Of a stretch of 64,000 nucleotides of DNA, positions 1 through 13,724 are shown piece by piece. The notes under the pieces are model-generated. The model was not told the DNA's origin and did not search any database. It saw only the letters and a list, made by a program, of their open reading frames with translations. Origin of the DNA: Eledone cirrhosa (lineage: Eukaryota); NCBI GenBank assembly GCA_964016885.1, contig OZ024743.1, forward strand, positions 44,330,001 through 44,394,000, read 5' to 3'. The position numbers and the translations under genes are program-made. Position 1 is the stretch's first letter, and each line of letters begins with the position of its first letter.

Positions 1-2575
1 AGTCAACAGCACATAAACGACAAGTGCTAAATAGATTGTTTGCCAGAGATCCTAAATCAGTTTATCGCAGCTTCGGTGGCAAAAAATCAATCTCTGTAAA
101 TGACACCCCTTCAAAAGAACGGGTTGAGAACTACTGGAGATCTGTATGGGAAACGGATGATGGATTCAACAGACAAACTAATTGGCTGAAAGAACTGGAA
201 CAGGTCTACTGCCAACATGTCCAGACAAAACAGTATGACATAGATGGGTGAATACTGGAAACAGCTCTACAGAAAATGTCGTATAGGAAATCACCAGGCT
301 CAGATCTCATTACAGGATACTGGTTGAAGAATTTCACTTTCTATCGGCAAGATCTCATACGGCTGTTTACAGAAATCATTAAAGGCACACAAGAACTGCC
401 CAGATGGTTATCAACTGCCACTACTCTCCTGATTCCCCAAAACAACCAAACCATCCTTGCTAAAAGTTAGCGCCCAATAGCCTGCCAAAACATCATATAT
501 AAATTATATACTGGGTGCTTAACCTGTTCTTACAGGATCTCTATGCTATCAACAACATCATAACACATGAGCAAGCTGGTGGAAAGAGGGAGGTGTGTGT
601 TGCATAGATCACCTACTAACTAATAAAATGATTCAAGAAAAAACAACAAAGAATCACAGAAACATGACTGAAGTGTGGCTGAACTATCAAAAAGCATTTG
701 ATAGTGTACCTCATGGGTGGATTGTTAAGGCTTTACAGTTAGCAAAAGTCCAACAAGCACTGGTAGCTGCTGTTGAACGTCTGACCAAAAACTGGTACAC
801 CAATTTGATCTTTAGACGTGAGAAGGAGCAAGTTAAGACTGATAAGATACATTACCAGAAGGGCATCTTTCAGGGTGAGAGCTTGTCAGTGCTACTCTTG
901 GTTCTCTCACTAAATCCACTATTTTACCTACTCAGGAAACAAGGTTGACAAAGAAGTGAGTCCAGAAGTATCTCCCATCTTTTCTTTGTTGATGACCTGA
1001 AGTTGTATGGGCCAAATATCAATGACATCAAGAAACAATTGAACACAATTTTCAACAGACATCAAAATGAAATTTGGTGAGTCCAAGTGTACATATTTGG
1101 CAGTAAAACGTGGAAGAGCCGTGCCCTCCTCTAGAAATCTAGAGATGAACGGCCTGACAATACAACCTCTACAGTCAGGTGACAACTACAGATATCTTGG
1201 ACAGGATGAGAATGTCAGATATGATGGACCCATAAATAAGGAGAGAACCAGAACTGAATACCTCAGAAGAGTAAAGAAAATATGGTCATCAGAACTGCCA
1301 GGGTATAACAAATACATTGCCCACAATACTTATGCTGTGCCAATTGTAACGCCAAAATTTGGCCTGCTGAACTGGTCTTGCAAGGACTAAGTGAGATGGA
1401 TGTTAGAACTCGCAAACTTCTCAGTGTTTCTGGGAACTTTAACATCACTGGTGATGTGGATAGGCTATACTTCTCACGCAAGGAAGGTGGGCGGGGTCTA
1501 AAGTCCATATTAACATCATATGAGACTCGGATAGTAACTCTGAAGCAACATATTTAACAGAGGAGAAATGTTGGTAACCATCTTGCCAGGTTTATGAGCA
1601 TGAAAAAAAAAACATTATTAGAATAGCCACTGATCTGGAGGAGAGATATGGAATAAAGCCTGATATAAATCTCTCACCCAGAGAAATCGGAAGATCCTAT
1701 TCAATGTTCAAACACGATGAAAAAATTTACCAATTTACAGAAAAAGTTATGCATGGATAATTGAGACGTAAAACACAGACCATAGGGAGGATAAACCACT
1801 CAAAAAGCCTGGCATGGAGTTCTGACAAGTTTATGACATCACACCTATGCAATACAGGAACAAGAACTCCCTACCAAATATCTGCTGCACAAAAGAGGAG
1901 GGCCATCAGCTGACAATAAATGTAGACTTTGTAAAACAAAGATCGAGGATGTAAGCCACATTGTTGCCAGCTGCGAAAAAATGTCATCTCGCTACTACCT
2001 ACCCATGAGACAAGATGGAATAGCTAGAACCATCTGGAACGCACTTCAGAAAACAAAATTAACAACAAACGAGGAAGAATATATTGAGACAGATGGCACT
2101 AAGGAATACTGGTGGAACCTGAAAATAAAATCTGCCACCAAATTAAAGCACAACCGGCCTGATATTGTTGTTTGGGACCACACATTGAAAAGGTGTTCTG
2201 TTGTGGAGAACAGCTGCCCACTTCATGTAAACGTTGTCAGAAAAATACAGGAGAAGGAGGACATATACGGACCATTGATGAGGAGTTTACAAATCCAGTA
2301 TCCAAGATACACCTTTAGCTTCATACCCATCATTATTGGAGCTACGGGTTATATACCAACCCGCTTGGACCAAAGTATCACTGAACTTGGATTTGCGGAC
2401 AAAGAGCGCAGCTCCCTAATTCATAGTCTACAAATGGCTGCGATAGCTGGCACCTTCAAAATTTGCAAAACATTCTTGCGATTCAAGGGATGACAATTTA
2501 TTTTCTATTACAACCTTGCCACCAGGAAGGTGGCCGGTCAAAAAAAGTATAGTCGAAATTAAGAGAAAGATATAA
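1..2575 (+). mobile_element. Decayed R4/Dong-like non-LTR retrotransposon (family A), RT + restriction-like endonuclease; runs off the window start
   Basis: Frameshifted ORF pieces: KSPGSD, KAFDSVPH, GIFQGESLS, FFVDDLK (DNA near 980), CRLC..H..C zinc knuckle near 1920-1975, HNRPDIVVWD and FIPIIIGATG. 3' end runs into a CATA repeat at about 2575-2607. Confidence 0.9.
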
Positions 2576-2609
2576 CATACACACATACATACATATATAC
2601 ATACATACC

Positions 2610-5600
2610 CACAAGTCAGTCAACGCGATCAGTCGCACATTTTGGCGTCATTAAATTTAAGTTGAATACTATCTCCGAGAGTAATGCCACAACTACCAGT
2701 CATTTTGAATAATTGGGTATTCTTCTAACTATATCCACGGAATACACCTTTTCTTTACACGAATTCGTAGAGATATCCGACTAAACTCATAATTCATTTT
2801 ACAAGAATTTGCTACAAACAATATGGCTTAACACAACATCAACAACATCAGTGGAATACCGAAGAAAAACGAGAAAGGTAAACAAAATGTATTCAGTTGT
2901 AGCTACAGAAGAAACCGAAATTATAAATTGCGTTTCTCTTGGAGTTGCGAACTTAATGATGATTTATTTAATTGTTATCAAATGGCAAAAAAATAATCCC
3001 TCCGTTGGCTATAAGAATAGAATGAAGCTACACTGGGACGAAATACACCCAGAGCTAAATCATTTCACAGCGAAACAATTACGCCAACAAGCGACGTTTG
3101 TTGAACGTAAAAATAAGATAAATATTATTAACTGTAAGTCCCCCAGAACAAACATGGAATCAACAACACTTGCTAACGGTCGCCATGCTACTAGACTTCT
3201 TAGCAGCCAGGTTGAACAGTGCCGTAAACAATTGTGCCTGTAAGAAATTTGACACCACGTGTACCATCTAAGACTACCTCGAATGATGTGGAAAATACTA
3301 TCGATAATAATTGTTTCTACTTTTTGCACAAGGCCAGCAATTACCCAGTACATTAATGGTACTTTATTTTATCGACCCCTTAAGGATGAAAGGCAAAATT
3401 AAATAATAATAATCAAAAGTATAAACAATTGAAAATTTCCCTCAACGAAATCTTCCAAAGAGAAATTAATTCATGTATAAACCTTTCTCTTGCTGAACGT
3501 ATTAATACAACAATATTTAATAAAAAAACAAATAATGAAATATTACGTGTCATTGACGAAATAGGTGATGAATATTTACGACGGATAAAAACCCAAACAT
3601 TTTGGCAAATCAACGCCTGTTTATATGTCTTAGCAACGACAGTGAAGCATTATCTTGGTGATAGCCGAGATATTAACAACAACAAAACACCACCAAAGAT
3701 ACCATCATATATAACTAAAATAGGAAAAATGATTGCTGACCTACGACAAACCATAGGATATGTGACAATGCTCCTTACATGCAAACAAACACAAAACAAC
3801 TTCACTCCTCACCAACAAAGAGTGAAAAATAAAATAGAGACGATGTTTGGTAACAGTAGAACACGAACACTCCAATATAAGCTGATCACCCTCAAACAGG
3901 AATTGAGAGCTGTTAGCGAAAAACGCCGATACCTGAAGAAGGTAAATGAAAGAAAAGTGCGTAATAAAAGATTCAGAGGAAACCAAACACAGAGTCTATA
4001 GAGATATGACGGGCAAAATAATAAGTATCACTGAGGCCCCATCCCAGAAAGACATTGATTCCCTTTGGACAAAAATATGGGGCGAAAAGAAGAATTTCAA
4101 CGAAGATGCAGTATGGATAAAAGAAATCAAAAAGAACTATTGCTCCTACACTAGAACAACAACATAAGTGAGGGTACTGTGATAGGAAAAAAAGATAAGA
4201 AAACACCAGGAAGAGACATGATTGTCGCTACTGGTAAAAAAAACTGATATTCTATCGGAGATATCTTACCGACCTCTAGTAACAATTTCTTAAGGGAGAT
4301 ACACTTATACCAGAATGGTTGACATATGCACAATCATTACTGGTCCCCAAGTACAAAGACCCCCCCTGGCAAAAAAACTACCGACCCATTGAATGCCAGA
4401 ACGTGATGTATAAAATGTATAAAGCCTGCCTGAGGCTATTCCTCCATGGTCACTGTGAAAATAATAATATCATCACAGATGAACAAACAGCTGGAAAGAA
4501 AGGGCTTTGGGGATGTGCTGAACAACTCCTATTCAACAAGACTGCAATGTCGGAGGTGCGACAACTTAGGAGGAATATAGTTACAGTCTGGCTGGACTAC
4601 AGGAAAGCTTTCGATTATGTTCCCCACTCTTGGATGATAGTGGCCCTCCAACTTGCTATAGTCCCAGACATTATTATTAACACCATAGAGAAGCTGTCTT
4701 CTTGGGCTACTATCCTAAAGTTAAAGACAGAGAGGGAGGACTCGATTTTCACTGATAAAATAAAATATCACAAGGGTATATTTCAGGGAGACAGTCGCTG
4801 TCATTAAACCCCTTGTCCTTTCTGTTCAAGAAATGTGGAGCATACATCAGCTCACAGGAGGATAGAAATACGAACATAACCCATAATTTCTTTGTGGATG
4901 ATCTGAAACTCTATGCCAAGAATATGGATGGGATGAAGAAATATCTTGACCTGATTACAACGTTCTCAAAGGATATAGGAATGGACTTTGGCAAGGATAA
5001 ATGCTCATATATGATTGTAAAGCGGGGAAAAACAACAACCCAATATAGTAACATTTGTATCAATGGCCTAACTGTTTCACCAATATCCGATGAGGACTGT
5101 TGCAGATACCTGGGGATAGATGAGAACATATCCTATAATGGTATCTGTAATAAGGAACGTGTAACCAGGGAATACTACACCTGATTAAGAAAGATATGGT
5201 CATCGGAACTCTCTGCATAACAGACCAGATATTATTATATGGGACAGGTAAAAGAAAGCATGCACAGTAGTGGAAATTAGATGCCCAGCAGATGCCAATA
5301 TAATATCAAAGATTAACGAAAAGGAGAATATTTATGCAGAACTGATTAGAAATCAGCAGATACTCCACCCTGATTACACCTTCAGATTTATGCCTGCGAT
5401 TATTGGGTCATTGGGGTATGTTAGGAACTGCCTCAATACAAATCATGAGAAACTAGGCTTCACAGGAACAGAAAGAACACAACTAGTTACAATTCATTAA
5501 TGGAACAGTAAAAATATGTAAAGCATTCCAAATACGTTGCATCTAATACTGCATATACACATATACAGATACTAAGCATGCACACATACAACTCAAAACA

Positions 5601-5770
5601 TACAGATCCACACATACAATAACATCTATATCTACGCATGCAGTCATACATACATATCTACCTAGTTGATGTTGTGAAAATTCCAATGAGAGAGTCTTGT
5701 GTCTATGTTAGAAACTGACTCTCTCGCTATTGGAAAATATTTGTGAAATTATAAACCCAGAACAACATGC
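2610..5770 (+). mobile_element. Decayed R4/Dong-like element (family B, copy 1) with N-terminal domain, RT and a large internal deletion before the RLE tail
   Basis: GYKNRMKLHWDEIHPE N-terminal motif, NYRPIEC, LDYRKAFD, GIFQGDS, FFVDDLKLY. Sequence jumps at about 5218 to RPDI-type RLE DNA. The 3' UTR matches 8900-9130 and is followed by (TACA)n. Confidence 0.85.
3305..3400 (-). mobile_element. 3' fragment of tRNA-derived SINE inserted in the family B element
   Basis: Matches the tail and central domain of the SINE copies at 12747, 25545 and 53600. Confidence 0.8.
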
Positions 5771-5867
5771 ATATATAAACACATACATACATACATACAT
5801 GCATACATATATACATACATACAGACATACATACATACAGACATACATACATACATACATACATACA

Positions 5868-5899
<32 letters not shown>

Positions 5900-5900
5900 C

Positions 5901-5931
<31 letters not shown>

Positions 5932-5985
5932 CATACATACATACATACATACATACATACATACATACATACATAAATACATACA
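5770..5985. repeat. (TACA)n microsatellite
   Basis: Directly visible; source of the spurious MYVC/HTYI ORFs. Confidence 0.97.
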
Positions 5986-6595
5986 TGGTGGCAGCCAACT
6001 CGTTTTCAAGTACGGCCACTACTTTATATCCATCTAGGAGAACCCCTACCGATGCGCTGAACGAGTGTGAATTTTTAGTCCAGCCAGCGACTTGAAAACT
6101 CTGGTACAAACACTACACTTGTGACAATCATTGACACATAGTACTGGGCCCATGGTACCATGTGACGGCAAGTGCAGAGAGATCTCAAGATATAAAGCAA
6201 TGCCTGTGCCGTGAAGCTTTTATAGTGAGCAAAGGTACTTTACAAAGCCAGTCCCACTCTCTTAACCAAGATGATATTTACCAAAAAGAAGAACAAGTCA
6301 ACATCATTGGATACCATTAGGGTTGCAGGGGTTATATCAGAGATTTCCTTCTCCTAGAATTCTGCCTTGACAAAGGCTAAGGGGTCATCTCTCCCGGTGA
6401 TTTTAGATGGCCATTGACTCTTAAGAGCTCCTTTGCCCTTTGACAGGTTTGTTTTTAGTCCTGCAGGATGTCCAAAGTGCCCCTCCTCACCAAGAAACCT
6501 TGGTGGGGTTGCCAGTTTAGTCGCCAATGAGCCGACCATGGGACAGGTTGTACTGGGATACATGTTACCAGTAGCACCAACTGGTGACATGACAC
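5986..6595 (-). mobile_element. Possible 5' UTR remnant of an RTE-type LINE with a structured, HDV-ribozyme-like 5' end
   Basis: Minus strand carries tagcctttgtcaaggcagaattctaggagaaggaaatctctg, resembling from memory a motif common in RTE 5' UTRs. Hairpin/pseudoknot-like elements at 6510-6592. No convincing ORF. Confidence 0.35.
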
Positions 6596-6735
6596 ACATA
6601 TATATATATACATACACACATATACATTAATAACAATAATAATAATAATAATAACAACAATAATAATATACATATACATATATATATACACACACACGCG
6701 CACACATAAACATATCTATACACACACACACACAC

Positions 6736-7430
6736 GATAGCAACTAACAGCGCTGCGATCGAATGTGGCTTTTTAGCCCAGCCAATGATCTAAAATGTCT
6801 TGCACAGAGTCGGCAACCAAAATATTCACTGGGAATAGCCGGCTGTGGTTGGAGTTCATGTACTTTTGCATGTCGTTTGAGCCCTCCTGCCGATTTACAT
6901 TCTCTACCACATATTTGGCAAGCATGATGAGTAGCATCTTCAACAGCAGCCTGGTAGTCAACCACTGGTCCTACTTTATGACTGCGAAGATGACTTTCGA
7001 GTCCAGCTTTGCTTAGGCTGAGTCTAGCAAAGACGCTGCATGTCAGCACCATAGGAGGACCCTCGCAATCTGGAAGTGCAACAGCAATGCCCTTCCTCAC
7101 ATCCCGCTTTACTTTCTCGTATGCGATTCGAGATGCCTCAAAGGCAACTTTTCCCTCGTATACAGTCTTTCTCCATTTATTACGATCAGCAGCAATATTT
7201 TCCCATGTATCAGCAGAGATGTTAACGTCTTTCAAAGAGACTTTCAAGGAATCCTTATACCTCATTTTTGGTTTATGTGGCGGTCGTTTTCCTTTAAGCA
7301 ACTCTCCATAAAAGAGTTGTTTTGGTATTCTAGAATACTTCATCCTGGCAAGTTGACCACTCCAACGGAGTCGTGGCTTAAGCACAAGAGCTTCTATACT
7401 GTCACACATAGAGCTTTCCAAAATCTCGAC
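6736..7430 (-). mobile_element. 3' fragment of RTE-clade LINE with C-terminal C2H2 zinc fingers
   Basis: RLRWSGQLARM..RIPKQLFYGEL..KMRYKDSLK is the RTE C-terminus, followed by three C2H2-like repeats. Confidence 0.85.
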
Positions 7431-7482
7431 ATACATACATACATACATACATACATACATACATACATACATACATACATAC
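7430..7482. repeat. (CATA)n microsatellite
   Basis: Directly visible. Confidence 0.95.
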
Positions 7483-9132
7483 AAAACAGCGACCCAATCT
7501 AGCAACATTGTCATCAATGGTCTAACTGCTTCACCGATATCAGATGAGGACTGCTACAGATACCTGGGGATAGATGGGAACATATCATATAATGGTATCT
7601 GTAATAAAGAACGCGTAACCAGGGAATACTACACCCGATTAAGAAAGATCTGGTCAACGGAACTCTCTGCGCAAAACGAAACAGTGGCTCACAATGTGTT
7701 TGCTGTGCCTGTCCTAACACCAACGTTTGGAATACTCAATTGGACGATAGACGAAATCCGAGCAATTGATGTTGGAACTCGAAAAATAATGAACAACACC
7801 GGAAACTTCCACATCAACAGTGACATAGACCGCCTTTACTTGAAACGCAAGCAGGGAGGCAGAGGTCTAACATCACTCCAGACAACATTTGAATGTCGCA
7901 TCATATCTCTCCGACAACATCTACAAACCTCGAAGCGTAGGAGCCCGTTTCTCGAGCAAGTCTATCTGCATGAAACAGATAAGATCATGAGAGTTGGGAA
8001 TTCCTTGAGAGATATTCCCTGTGTTATAATAAAAAAACTGACACCCAGGGATGTCGCTCAGTAGTATCGCAGTGAATCCATTGATGGAAAGCTGCATGCC
8101 TATCTGCAAAAAATCAGCATGGATATGTTGCCGGGAAGCTCCAGAGTGAGAGTAATATAGATAAGGAAAGTAGTCTATCTTGGACCAACAACCGCTATAT
8201 TGGCTCCTACTTTGAAGGATACGCTTTTGAAATCCAGGAACAGGAGAATAGCACCAAATACCTGATTCACAAAAGAGATAGGGATGCAGGCAAAACACCT
8301 AGATGTGATAACAAGTGCAGACTCTGCAGAACTAACATCGAGGGAATCGCCCATGTCATCAGCAGCTGTCCAAAGATGTCATCGCGGTACTATCTACCTA
8401 TGAGGCATGATGTAGTGGCTAAAACACTGTACAATGCAGCTCGTAAAAAAGATAGCCCCGATAATAAACAAGCTACAACAATGTGGAAGACATCCATGTA
8501 CATAATATGAAAGAGTACTATTGGAATGTTCCAGAAAACCCTCAATAAAATGCAGGCATACAGACCAGATATTATGATATGGGACAGGGAGAAGAAAACA
8601 TGCACAGTAGTGGAAATTATCTGCCCAGCAGATACCAATATAATATCAAAGATTAGTGAAAAGGAAAATATTTATGCGCGAACTGATGAGAAATCTGCAG
8701 ATACTCCACCCTGATTACACCTTCAGATTTAAGCCTGTGATTATTGGGGCACTGGGATATGTTAGTAACTGCCTCAATACAAATCTTGAGAAGCTAGGCT
8801 TCACTGGAACTGAAAGAATACAACTAGTTAGGAAATTACAAGTACAATCCATTAATGGAACAGTAAAAATATGTAAAACATTCCAAAACTTTTGCATATA
8901 ATAACTGCATATACACATGTACAGATACAAAGCATATACACATGCACACATACAACTCAAAACATCCACATCCACACATACAATAACATCCATATCTACA
9001 CATGCATGCATACATACATATCTACCTAGTTGATGTTGTGCAAATTCCAATGAGAGATTCTTGTGTATATGTTAAAAACCGACTCTCTCTCTATTGGTAA
9101 ATCTTTGTAAAATTATAAAACCAGAAGAACAT
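7483..9132 (+). mobile_element. 5'-truncated R4/Dong-like element (family B, copy 2)
   Basis: Start is similar to 5030-5218. DIDRLYLKRKQGGRGL, CRLC knuckle, YRPDIMIWD, PVIIGALG. Same 3' UTR as copy 1. CATA repeats on both sides. Confidence 0.9.
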
Positions 9133-10079
9133 ACATACATAAATATCATCGATAATATCTAGCCACAATTCTTTAACTAGAAGAAAGTTTACTCTGAAGA
9201 CTAATTTGAGGATTCCTTTCATTAATTATTTATGAAACTTTGTTACTGTAATCAATTGTTCTTTGTAGAAATATCACTGAAGCCAATATTTACAATGCTA
9301 CCATTTTGATATGCTTAAATGTGTGGTTATATAATGGTGAAGCGGTAGGAACCAAGTGAAAATCAAATATGTGCTCAGTTCCGACAGTAATCAATAATTA
9401 TTTCTTTAAAGATTATTAGTTTTACTGTTGAACAATTTAATTGGTTTAAGTCGTGTTTGGGCGGCGGATATTGTCGATTGAGCTGATCGACGAAAGTGAC
9501 TGGTAATTATTTAAATATATGAAGATGAGAGACAGAAAATCTAAAAAAAATCCATGACAACAAATTCAGTTAGTGACATAATTCACTGAAGATTATTGAA
9601 CGCCAATTGGTATTGGTGTTGGTATTTTATAATAAAGAATTAACGAGAGAAAATATAAAAAATTTAGTAAAGACAATTTTTCCAATACGTAGGAGATTCG
9701 ATAATAGCATGGCTGCCAATGCAAAATGACCCCACAGAAAATAAAGTGAGAAAATATAATATAGAGGTAGGTGATAGCTGCAAGCAGAAGAAATCATTAA
9801 AGTGTTGAATAAATTGCTTAGCGGTGTTTGCACCGATTCCCCACGATCTAAGCTCATATCCCGCCGAGACCATCTTTTGACTTTCATTTTTCCGAGGCAG
9901 ATACATAAAGTATTATACCAGTTCTACTCCTACATTTCACTTCTTCATTTCTTTTACTCTGTCCCACATCACGCGATCTAGACGAAATCAACTGTTATCA
10001 AACCTAGAGGGGAGCAGGAAGAAAAAGATGAGCATCAGCACGTGCTGATACACATCTTTTCCTGTCCAGTCAGTTTATA

Positions 10080-10296
10080 CGGAGATTATTTTAGCAGTAT
10101 CGGTAGAGGATCAAACGCCATGCGTTGCAACAGAGAGTTACGGCCCTGAATTAAAATCCCGCCGAGGTTAACTTTGCCTTTCATCCTTACGAGATCGATA
10201 ACATAAAGTACAAGTCACGCGATGAGGTTGATTTAATCGATTTACCACTCCGCTAAAATTGCTGACCTTGTACCTATATAAGAAACAATTATTATT
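10080..10296 (+). mobile_element. tRNA-derived SINE (older, longer variant)
   Basis: Degenerate A/B boxes, central aaatcccgccgaggttaactttgcctttcatcc, tail ccttgtacctatataagaaacaattattatt. Confidence 0.8.
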
Positions 10297-10344
10297 AGGC
10301 TTTTTTATTCAAATTGAAGTTTTCTAATTATAAATATATGTATA

Positions 10345-10705
10345 TACAGAGTGTCCGCTTTGAAACAATTGTTTTGTCTCCGGTATCGTATACAGATGGA
10401 CATTCATGCGACAAAGAGTAGAAAATATGTATATATAGGTGCAACCGACTGAGATTTTAAATCCCATTTCTATAACCTTGCATGTTCCTTCAGACATCTG
10501 CATAAAATATCGCAAATCAGTCTGTTTGAGCAGGTGTGGCGGCTTAAGGACGGCAACAACACTTTTAGAATGGAATTAGACGTCATAAGATGAGCACCGC
10601 CGCTCCACTTAAGAAGATGAAACTGCCGGCATGCCTTGCAGAAGCAGTGGAAATAATAAAACTGAAAGAACACAGTATACACGCGAGTTCTGAAATCGTG
10701 TTTTC
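10345..10705 (+). mobile_element. Decayed Penelope-like element GIY-YIG endonuclease fragment
   Basis: DNA translates to ECPL*NNCFVSGIVY..YIGAT..FK..SFRH..VWRLKD..ACLAEAVEII, parallel to the fragments at 39351-39600 and 59753-60242. Confidence 0.65.
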
Positions 10706-10714
10706 TCTGTTTTG

Positions 10715-11278
10715 TAATGTAGGCGGGAAGCCCCTAGAATTGGTTGAGGAATTCCTGTATTTGGGAGCAAAGATTGTGAATACGGTAGATGATGTGGTTG
10801 AGATGAAGAGCAAAGCCTGGGCGGCGTGCCACAGCTTGAGATTGGTGTGGAAGACGGACCTTCGTAAAGACCTGAATATCCGCTTCTTCATTGCTGTAGT
10901 GGAGTATGTGCTTCTGTACGGGTCTGAGACTTGGACACTGACCAAGAAACTCACTCAGATGGTGGATGGGTGCTACACTGAGCATGAAAAACTCAGAACT
11001 GTATGGGAGCCTCCCAAAAGTCAGCTCAAAAGTGACACAGAGGAGACTGGGGTTAGCTGAACATTCTCACCGGCATCCAGAGTTGACATTGCACTCAATG
11101 CTCCTGTGAGAGCCCCTACATAGACACACTGGAAGAGGAAGACCAAGGTTAACGTATGTTGATGCCCTAAGGAGAGACACTGGTTTGTTGGAAACGCAGG
11201 ACATGGCAGCAATAATGAGGGACAGAGACCGCTGAAGAGAACTCGTCCATGGATCTCGGGGATTTTTCCAGCCCTAGA
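10715..11278 (+). mobile_element. 3' fragment of an RTE-like LINE
   Basis: LELVEEFLYLG and VLLYGSETWTLTK..DGCYT motifs; ends at TA/GA microsatellites. Confidence 0.8.
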
Positions 11279-11298
11279 ATATATATATATATATAGAA

Positions 11299-11374
<76 letters not shown>

Positions 11375-11375
11375 A
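11279..11375. repeat. (TA)n/(GA)n microsatellite
   Basis: Directly visible. Confidence 0.95.
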
Positions 11376-11751
11376 TAATAAATGTGAAGACTAAATCCGA
11401 AGACGGCTCGATAAAGATAATATATAAAACCGTTGAGCAAATATTTATTAAAATAATAGATTAAGGTTTAAGCAAAGATTCTCTTAAACACCCATTTCAG
11501 AAGTTCCCGTTCAGGGTGAAAGCACCGATTCTTTCCTTAAACTTTTATCTGTTGTTTCAGAACATCCCATTCAGTGTGAAAGAATGCATTAGAAAATTAA
11601 AGGTGCCATGAATCTTAACTTACCAAATTTAACTAGCCCAAATATTTTCAGGTTTAACAATCCATTGTCAAGGGAGTATCATGTGAAGTTAAATGTGCTA
11701 AGATAAGATTCTATCGTTATCTTGCATCGTATATTTTTTAAATAATGTAAA

Positions 11752-11852
<101 letters not shown>

Positions 11853-11944
11853 CCAAGGATTAATATGGTTCATTCATTACTCAATGAATATAGTTTTACA
11901 ATAGATTAGAAGCACTCTACAAAAATGTTTTCTGGAGTTATTAA

Positions 11945-12314
11945 TATTATTCAAAATATTAATAGATGCAGACATTCACATAATCAAAATATATGTTTTA
12001 TTATATATATTTCGAAGGTAGTGTGCTGTTTTTTCAGTACGTCTTCGTCAGATAAAATTCATGTATGACATACCTCAACGGTTCATGGTTCAATTCCAGT
12101 ATTGGCAGTGATTTATTACAACAAATCTCAACATTTATATACCACAAATGATAACATGATAAACTTAAATTTAATGAAAAAGATGTGGAGTGAGATAGGT
12201 ATAAGGAGGGGGTGATTATGAGGAAATTCAAGAAGAAATATATAAATACATACATACAAAATTATTTAAATGCGTAAATATACGTGTTAGGGAAGAAAAG
12301 GGAAGAGAGAGAGA

Positions 12315-12357
<43 letters not shown>

Positions 12358-12402
12358 GGAGAGATAGAAAAGAGAAGAAGAAAGACGTAAATGCAAAAGG
12401 GA

Positions 12403-12442
<40 letters not shown>

Positions 12443-13405
12443 GAATGAGGTGTGACCGTTGCTTTCAAATATTAAATCAAATAGAAGCGACCAATTAAAT
12501 ACCATAACATTTGTATTTGGTTATGTTTAAGCTAATTATACTAATATATTATATCAAAATTAAAACAATATAAAAATATTTTCTATAGTAATCAGAAGCA
12601 TAGTTTAATTAATGTATTTATTAAATATTTTGTTACAATATTCAAAAACATTTTTATCTATAAAGCAAATTTAAATACCTATTAAATATGTATAACGATA
12701 TTTACTACAACCTATGCATATATCACTATCAGTATATGTATTTTATATAATTGTTTCTACTTTTGGCACAAGGCCATCAATTATCCCAGTGCATTACTGG
12801 TACTTTATTTTATCGACCTCGTAAGGATGAAAGGCAAAGTCAACCTCGGCGGGATTTGAACTCAGATCGTAAAGGGACGTAACTATGCTGGAAAGCATGG
12901 TGTCTGACCCTCTACCGATACTGCCAATCCACCATATAATGCTAAGAATTATTATCTGAATTATTCTATTTTCATTATAAAATCATTTCAATTCTTTGGT
13001 TGTCATTTCATTTCAGTATTAATAAGTAGTTATATTTACTCTTAAAACTATTATTATTTCGAATTTATTTCTTTAATTAGATCTTATTATATATAGTTTC
13101 CCTTTAAGGATTGTTCGTATATTATTAAACTGTATAAATCATGTTAAATATACATTATCAAGCCATTTGGACAGGACAAAATTATTTACGAAGAATGTAA
13201 ACAAAGGAGGATAACACGTTCAACTTATGTGAACATTTATGATATTTAAGTGCTTTGAAAGTCAAAAGATATTTCAAGCAGCAAATTCAGAAATTTCTAG
13301 TTACACAATGACCATTCTCAATCCAAACTTAGGATACTAATTCTCATCATAAGATTAATTTAATATATAAAAACGATATAGAATGTTTAAGGTAAGGCAA
13401 AACGT

Positions 13406-13441
<36 letters not shown>

Positions 13442-13460
13442 TTAATAATAATAATAATAA
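11945..13460 (+). repeat. Left arm of inverted segmental duplication (partner about 51520-53012)
   Basis: Collinear reverse-complement match including the SINE and GAAA tract; ORFs 12034- and 52531+ share YINVEICCNKSLPILELN. Confidence 0.9.
12747..12935 (-). mobile_element. tRNA-derived SINE
   Basis: Minus strand: A box tggcagtatcgg, B box gagttcaaatcc, central gcctttcatcc..gtcgataaaataaagtaccag, tail ccttgtgccaaaagtagaaacaattat. Confidence 0.9.
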
Positions 13461-13724
13461 TGATTTCTTTATTAACCACAAGGGTTTACATAAAGTAGAC
13501 ATTAAGGACAGTGCAGGACAATGCAGGACGGTACAAATGGGCATTTCTGCGTGTAAAAAAACAAAAATAGAGGATGTAACAAAAATAACAATGAAAATAA
13601 CAATGAAAAATTCCCCAATAGGGGGGGAGACTTCGGAGGGACATTTGTGGAGAAAGCCCAGTAAAAAGCCACAATGACCCTGACCACCAAGGCAAGTGCC
13701 CTCTCCCAGTTTTCCACCTTTAGT

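Noticed and set aside
5708-6109. MYVC/HTYI ORFs and similar low-complexity ORFs (11021, 11679, 12262, 39039, 45928, 51427, 58926)
   Set aside because: Translations of microsatellites.
9190-10070. Unexplained AT-rich segment with short ORFs 9627-9906
   Set aside because: No recognisable motif, repeat partner or splice structure. A host exon cannot be excluded but is unsupported.
11495-11583. Two ~28 bp imperfect direct repeats (tttcagaa..ccc.ttcag.gtgaaag)
   Set aside because: Only two units in eukaryotic DNA; not CRISPR and no function inferable.
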